This document shows positions 47,883 through 64,000 of a stretch of DNA of 64,000 nt, one piece after another. The DNA is from Euglena gracilis (taxonomy: Eukaryota): contig CP154954.1 in assembly GCA_039621445.1 (NCBI GenBank), positions 23,820,954-23,884,953 on the forward strand. Reading direction: 5' to 3'. A program made the position numbers and the translations under genes. Below the pieces are notes generated by a model that saw only the letters and a list, made by a program, of their open reading frames with translations, was not told where the DNA came from and did not search any database. Position 1 is the stretch's first letter, and every line of letters begins with the position of its first letter.

Positions 47883-49961
47883 GGGATGTGGGATGTCACT
47901 TGCAGCTGGTTGGGTGGGACAAGAAACGGTCCGATGGGGTGGGGGGGGACACCCCCCCCACCTAAACAGTGGCGCGGTCAGGGTGACCGAAAATTTTTGA
48001 CCCCCCAAATCGACCAAAAGTGCCATTTTGGGCACTTTTTGGGCAAAAATTGGCCAAAAATGCAAAAAATTTTCGGTGCGAAGCGCCGGAGGAAAAAAAC
48101 TGACCCTTTTTGGGGGGGGTCCCGGGTACCCCCCCCCAGGGTCGGTCCGGACCCCCCTTGCAGGTGGGGGGGGGTGGGGTGGTCCGGACCCCCCCTGCGG
48201 GCCAGGAGGGGGGGGGGTGGGGGGGACACCCCCCACCTAAACCATGTACGCCCTCCTTATATCGAACCCTGGCTATAGGGTGCCTGCCCCTAACAGGCAC
48301 ACCCCCGGGGGGGGGGTAGGGGTCCGGGGGGGGACCCAGAAAATTTTCATTGAAAATGGCCTTTTCCGGGCCGCCGGCGCCTTCGGCGCTGGGGTCGGAG
48401 GGGGGGTGCCTGCTATGGGCAGGCACCCCCCAAAACCCTACCCCCCGGGGGGGGGGGGTCGGATCGGGTGCTGTGGGGTACCTGCCCCTAGCACCCACCC
48501 CCCACCCCCCGTGGGGTAGGCACCCGACTAAGCACAAGCCTGGTCGGGGCAGGTGGCTGCCAGGTGGAGAAGGCTGAACCCGAAACAGAAAAAAGGGGGG
48601 AGCCCAAACCCATCTGGGTTGGGATTCTTTTGCCACATTCTTGGGGTGAAAAAACCCCAAAGCCCTCAAAAAAGCCCCTTTCTGGACCTTTTTCAAAAAC
48701 TTTCGGAATTTGCGCCAAATTTCTGTGGTCCAGCCAGGATTTGCCAGGCTGCCAAAACTTCATTTCTGCGCGGGGGGGGGGGCACAGTTCTGATGGGAGC
48801 TGACTGAAAAAAAGTGTGGCTGTCCAGAAGCCCCAGGGGAGTAGGGTCCCCTGTAGCTTCAGAAATCCGCTGCAATAGACCCACGCTGCTGGGGACCATA
48901 AATCTTTGTGACGTGCACAGCGCGGAGACAGTGAACAGGTTGAGTCTTCGGGCCAGGGAAAGGTTTGGACGCGGGATTTTGGTTACAATTCAGGATTATT
49001 TACCTGAAATAAGCCAAGTTTGGATCGAAACCTATTCCAAAATTCCTAAATTCCAGAAAAGAATTCCAAAAAAACTACTGCCACAATCCCAACCCAAAAC
49101 CCAAACCCAACAATGATTCCAAATATAACAAAAACCTTGACAAAACTGGATCAAAAGATGAGCAAAAATCTCTCGACAGTCCCTCCAAAAATCCAGACTG
49201 GGAGCCTCTGGTTCATGTTGGGGGGGCAACGTAAGGCTGCCATTTGACTTTGGTGCCAAGCATTTTTGACATTTTGGTGCTAAGCACCGTGGGTGCTGAG
49301 CACCAGAGCGTCAAATCAGCGCCGAAACAACAACAAGAACAACCCAAGAACAATTACATTGTTAAATAAAATAACCGTAAAATGAGACCCAAGCAATTTT
49401 GTGCCAAAAAAGCTAAATACATGTTAAAGATAGTGTGGTTGTGTGTGTACGTGTTCATGTGTGCATGTATGTGTGCGTGTGCGTGCGTCCATGCTTGCAC
49501 ATACGTATGCAGAGGGGGGGTCTCTCATTCACACATACGCATGTATGCATCCGGCACACATTAATGCTCACTGAAAAGTTCAGACTGCAATGTGCCATAT
49601 GGGTGAATTGAAAAGTGGGATGAGCAACATTCAAAAAATCCAGCAAAAAATGTGTGAAATAAGCGCAACATATCGCTCGGCAACGCTCGGCATATTCCAC
49701 TCAGCAAGAGGTGGAAACAATGGATATCTGGGAATTGTCGATCGGCACCACACAGGTGGGCATTTCAGAATCGGCGGAAAAGCGTGTGAGCAATGGACGA
49801 GACCACAGGTAGCTGCGGCCATATCCTTCCCCTCGAGGCGGGCGATGCCTGCAACTGTTGGTACAAAAATCAATCCGAACGGCCGGGAAAGCAGCCCGCT
49901 CGCAACGTTCCACCCAAACGCCGACCGAGCCGCATCCCGATCGTTGCGGGGACCGGGCGGG

Positions 49962-59020
<9,059 letters not shown>

Positions 59021-59860
59021 GTGTCCAGGCCTGGACAGCCGGAGAGAAGGGCGTGGCAAGCACAGGAGAGCAGGGGGGGGGGGCGTTGCCATTCAGGTTT
59101 CCGTGCAAACTGCCATAGTGGGTTGGAGTCGACCCCCCCCGGCGGGCCTTCCCGTAGTGGGGCTGCATCTCTCAGACGGAAAGTCGTTGGCAAATCTAGT
59201 AGGTATCTTTTGGCGAAAGAAAGGTAATGTGCTTCATTGCCTAACACCCTTCATAATAGGGGCAGTAAATTCCACTGCAGGGGGCAAAACATCAAAAATA
59301 TACCCGCGCCCCAAACGCAGCCAGTCAAAGTTAGTATCAACGTATATTTCAAATTTGTGGAACACGCTGTCTGAAACACAACCCCCTATTTAAGAGAAAC
59401 GAAACCTCGCAAAACCCCCAGCTGTTAAAGATGTCTCACTAGTTTATTTTGAAGCTTGCAAGCAAATTTGCTGAAAACAACATTCCTAAAGAAATGGGGG
59501 GGTGCTTGGAAAACTAATGAACACAAGCATCATGTTGCCTTTCCTTTTACATCCGAAAGTGCGTGCACCAATTGTGATCCGTGATGAAGTGCTTCTGAGA
59601 AACGAGAAAGGATCGCATCGTACATAGTTGCACCAGACATGAACTATCAGGCCAGCAGGGCTATGGTGCTGCGAGAGGGGTGACGCCTGGATAAGGTGAG
59701 CTACGCTGCCGAGTGCCGGGGACAGCACCGTCCAAAAGACCTGTGATTTGAGGGCCAACGCTAAGCTGGCCCCCCGCACTGAGGCAACGAACCGGGGCAG
59801 TGGCGGGCAGTGGTGGGCAGGGCCATGGGGTTGTGCAACGGTGGCCGGGGGGTCAACGGG

Positions 59861-62445
59861 TCACGGCCCGCGGCGGCCTTTGCCCCGCCCCCGGCCTTTG
59901 CCGCGCCCGCGGCCCCGGCCCTTCCCCCGCCCGCGGCCCCGGCCTTTGCCGAAGCGGGACCCGAAGCTGCGAGGGCGAGGGGGCGGCGGGGCAGGCCGAG
60001 AACATTCCGGCGGCGCGCCCAGTGAGGCACCCTCCGACACAGGCAGGTTGAGGCTGACCCGCCCCCGGGAGGGGGGAGGGGTGTTAAACGGTTAAAGTGC
60101 CCTGCTGAGGTGTCTGGGCCAGGCGTGGCCCACCCCCAAGCGTGGGCGGTGTCAAATCCAGCGGGTCGGCACTGCCCCACCCCCCACCTTGCTGGTCTCC
60201 AACCCCCAGGAGGGACTTCGATGTCCGTGGTGCCCATGCGACAATGCAATTTCGGGAATTTTCGGTCCGCAAATGTGATGTGTGCGATGGGAACGCACCC
60301 GGGGGGCACACCCACCCCCCTTTGTTGTCCCTGGGCCCGGCTGACCGGAGGTTTTTTTTGGCCGCACCTTGACATTTCGCTTGGTACCCAGTCTCCATCG
60401 GGGGTCACAGGAGACAGGTCAGCCAGACAATAAGGGGGGGAGAGTATTTTTTGGCTTCATGCCCCTTCCCCTCAGTCCCAGCCGCCGGCTGTCGGCTAGC
60501 TTGGGGCATACAACTCCTCCGCAAAGGCGTTCAGCTCCTCGTCGCACAGGATGCAGCCGGCGTACTCCTCGGGCTTGTCCTTCAGGGGGGACTTGTCCTT
60601 CTCGAAGGTCAGGTGGAGGATGTTGCTGCCGCACCCGTCGCACACGTCGTCCGCGTACACCGTCGCCTCTGCGCCGGAACGCAGCAGGTTAACCCCATTC
60701 AGGGCGTGGTTTAGCGTCCCCCCGCAAGCAGCTTTAGTTAAGCCCAACTTTTGCCCATTTGAGGCCATTGTCAGGCTAAAATAGCCTGACAAGGCCATTT
60801 TAGGCCATGTCAGGCTATTTTAACCTAAGGTGGGGTTCTTAAGAGCAAAATTTTGAATTTTTTTGTCCCAAAAATCATAACATGTGCGAATCTTCACTTA
60901 CTCAGCAGAATTGGACATGAAAGAAAATTCACGGACACTGGATCAAGCCAACAAGGAACTCAACAGTTCTTAATTCACACTCATGGAGGAATTCTGAGTG
61001 AAAGAATTTATTACAGGAAAAAAATTGTCGGAAAACATGATGATTGAAAAAACCCCGGTTGGGTCAAGCTTAGAGGCTGGAAAATTTGGGCTGGCTGAAA
61101 AAAGGCTGTTGGCGGGCTGGACCCCCCCTCGGAGGGATGGGGTGCCCTCGGACTTAAATGACACCCTGACCCCACCCATGACGGAGAAGCATTGCCCACT
61201 GGAGTCATGGCCAGTTTTCCCCCCAGGACCCCCCCAGGACCCCCCAAGACCCCACAAGACCCCCCCAGGACCCCCCCAGGACCCCCCCAGGACAGGGTCC
61301 TGGGGGGGGGGGAGGACTGGCCACAATTGGCCCACTGGCAGCTGAGCCTCAAGAGAACATAAAAAAAATGTCAGCTGACGTTGAGGACGAAGCAAGCAGT
61401 GTGCAACAGAGCCATGGTAGGAGGGAAGGTGCACCATCAATGACAAAATTATATGAGCCCGCCCCGTCGGGTCATCTTTGCATTGGCAACCAGTACCACC
61501 AGGAGCACACTTCTGGTCCCCGCAGGGAACTTGACGCTTCTGTTGCAGCTGTTACAATCCTGCCAGGCAAGAGCGATGTCGCTGCATGCATCCATGCATC
61601 ACAGACACGGGGCAGGGTCGCAAAAAATGCACCGTCAACGCCCCCTCGAAGTTAAAAAAAAAAGATCACATTTCCTCAATTGCCGCCAGAAAAGCCACAA
61701 GACGGCAACCCTGTAACGTTTGCAGTGACAAAAAAAAACACGCACACAATAAAGAAAGGTTCACATCTGACTGATCACCCACGGCGGGGCGGGTGTCACC
61801 CGGGAACAGGGATGGCGGCTTAGGGCCACCCCAATTCTCCATCCTGTGGATGGCGGTGCCGTTTTGCCGGCGGTGGCCGCAAGTCCCCACCCCTGTGACG
61901 GCTGTCGCCCCTCCCCCCACTGCCCAAGGAAATGTTTTTCCACAAATGGGGGTTCGGACCAGTGCATTTGGGTTGGAAAGGGCGGGAGGGGTTCGGCGGG
62001 GGGGCGGCTCCCCGACACTTCCTCACCCACGTCAAACGTCAGGCAGAGGTCTGGGAAACTGCCAGCGTCGCCCCAGGAGTGGGGGTTGGACATGGAGACA
62101 CCAAAACCCGATACCAGGACGCATCTGGAGACACCTTGAGAAGGTAAGAAAGGTACAAACAACAAAAATTATAAAGCTGGCAAACGTTTTGGAAATGGGG
62201 GAGAATACCATTCAAAAAAGCTGGGGGAAATGAATGTATTCCCTCACAGTCGAGACAAAGAAAGGAATATCACCACTCCAGAGCAGATGGAGGACCGGCA
62301 CACCATTTTCTGCACCTTGGCCCCCACCGGGTCGATGACCAGGAACCCGTTGCACGTCATATCCTGGCACGCACACACGCGGTTGTTCACCATCGAGTAC
62401 TTGCACGTCGGGTGGGCGCAGCTGTTGCACGCCATCGCTGCGGAG
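59861..62445 (-). CDS. TOP3B: DNA topoisomerase III beta, C-terminal Zn-finger and RGG exons; 5' part lies beyond the window end
   Basis: MACNSCAHPTCKYSM..CQDMTCNGFLVIDP..MVCRSSIC (~62283-62440), TAIHRMEN (~61833-61860) and VYADDVCDGCGSNILHLTFEKDKSPL..YAGCILCDEEL (~60508-60675) follow the TOP3B C-terminal pattern (MGCNECTHPSC..GVLVLDP..C..C..DFNKAKSPL..GCVFCD). The last exon encodes an RG-rich tail GKGRGRGRGKGRGRG..RRGP* with TGA at 59861. Confidence 0.9.
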
Positions 62446-62619
62446 GGGACGAGGTGGTGGAGCGCTGCCTGGGCTCTGTTTTTGCACGGTTTTTTGAACT
62501 TTTACACTGCTTCCAGGGCGGGAAATTAACAAATCTCCCCACCCACATGACACACTCAAAGATAACAAAAAAGCAACGAAATTGGCCGGCTCCGTCTCCG
62601 GACCTGGGTCTCGGTCTGG

Positions 62620-63655
62620 GCCTGGGGGGGGGGTTCTGGGGGGGGGGTACGTACCTGGGGTACAACCCCCCCCCAATACCTGTTGTACCTGTCCAGGTCC
62701 TGGGGGGGTACACACAGGTACCCCCCCAGTACGCAGGGGGGGGTACATACCTCCCTCACACCGGCGCCGACAAGGCCTATGTCTAAATAGGTACGCACCC
62801 CCCAGTACCTGTTGTACCTATACAGGTACACGCAGGTCCTGGGGGGGTACACGCAGGTCCTGGGGCGGGTCGGCATAGGTCCTGGGGGGGTACACGCAGG
62901 TCCTGGGGGGTACGCATAGGTCCTGGGGGGTACGTACCCCCCCACACCGGCGCCGACAAGGCCTATGTCTAAATAGGTACGTACCCCCCCCAGTACCTGT
63001 TGTACCTATACAGGTACACGCAGGGATACACAAAGGTCCTAGAGGGTACATATAGGTCGGCAAATCCCTTGTGTTTCCAAGTCATTTTGGTGGGCAATTC
63101 CCTTGTGTTTCCAAGTCGTTTTGGGGGGCAAATCCCTTTTGTTGTCCAATTGCTCGGGGCCCCAAAATAACAAAATCCCTTGTGTTTCCAAGTCGTTTTG
63201 GGGGACAAATCCCTTTTGTTGCTCAACTGTCGGAGGGCCCCAAAATAACAAAATCCCTTGTGTTTCCAAATCGTTTTGGGGAGCAAATCCTTTTTGTTGC
63301 TCAACTATTGGAGGGCCCCAAAGTAAAAAAATCCCTTGTGTTACCAAGTCCTTTTGTTGTGTACCTGCGTGTACCTGTACAGGTACACGCAGGTCCTGGG
63401 GGTACGTACCCCCCAGTACCAGCTTGTACCTGTACAGGTACACGCAGGTCCTGGGGGGTACGTACCAGGTACGTACCCCCCAGTACCTATCGTGTACCTG
63501 CTTGTACCTGTACAGGTACACGCAGGTCCTGGGGGGGTATGTACCTGTTTAGACATAGGCCTTGTCGGCGCCGGTGTGGGGGGGTCGGACCTGGTACGTA
63601 CCCCCCCCCCTGCGCGCCTTGTACCAGGTACGTACCTCCCCCAGAACCCCCCCCA
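62620..63655. mobile_element. Foldback-like element with modular GTAC-rich arms and an internal ~78-bp tandem repeat, inside a TOP3B intron
   Basis: CCGGCGCCGACAAGGCCTATGTCTAAATAGGTAC occurs at ~62761 and ~62947 and inverted at ~63541-63575. AAATCCCTTGTGTTTCCAAG recurs at ~63097, 63173, 63251 and 63329. Confidence 0.7.
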
Positions 63656-63693
63656 CGGCCAGGCTGCTACCTTGAGGGGCGGTCTATTAACCC

Positions 63694-63836
63694 GTCCATC
63701 CATCCATCCATCCGTCCATCCGTCCATCCATCCATCCATCCATCCATCCATCCATCCATCCATCCATCCATCCATCCATCCATCCAACCATCCATCCACC
63801 CATCCATCCATCCATCCGTCCACCCGTCCATCCACC
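63694..63836. repeat. (CCAT)n microsatellite
   Basis: Directly visible. Confidence 0.95.
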
Positions 63837-64000
63837 GGCATGCCCAACCCATCGACCCACCAGAAACAACTGTGTCAGGACAGACACGGGTGTCTACTGA
63901 ATCTTAGGCGGCCTAACTCGCACTTAGCTTTGAAAATGACTGTAAATTTGCGCCGACGCGCAAATCAAAAAAAAAGTTCTGTTTTCGAACACCGTGGCCT

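Noticed and set aside
63060-63360. Regularly spaced AAATCCCTTGTGTTTCCAAG repeats resembling a CRISPR array
   Set aside because: The intervening sequences are also repeated rather than unique spacers, there are no cas genes, and the context is a eukaryotic intron.

Overview
Eukaryotic nuclear DNA, very probably a euglenid (Euglena-type). I find seven intron-rich genes, all on the minus strand and head-to-tail, built from short GC-rich exons. In transcription order: the 3' end of DNA topoisomerase III beta, a metallo-beta-lactamase-fold hydrolase, a small Cys-rich membrane protein, a hypothetical protein, an extended mitochondrial ribosomal protein uS17m, a putative GT-A glycosyltransferase and a phospholipase B-like protein. 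Many introns are euglenid non-conventional introns (no GT-AG; Y|RnnCAG...CTGnnnnY|R with paired ends), mixed with GT-AG introns. Introns and spacers are packed with microsatellites and MITEs with CAG/CAT-starting terminal inverted repeats (TIRs) and 8-bp target-site duplications (TSDs). The main observation is that at least three introns are themselves such MITE insertions, with splice sites inside the two 8-bp TSD copies (3 nt + 5 nt). One nested element also keeps a hAT/CGGBP-like transposase remnant. Exon boundaries and protein assignments were made by eye from motifs, not by database search.
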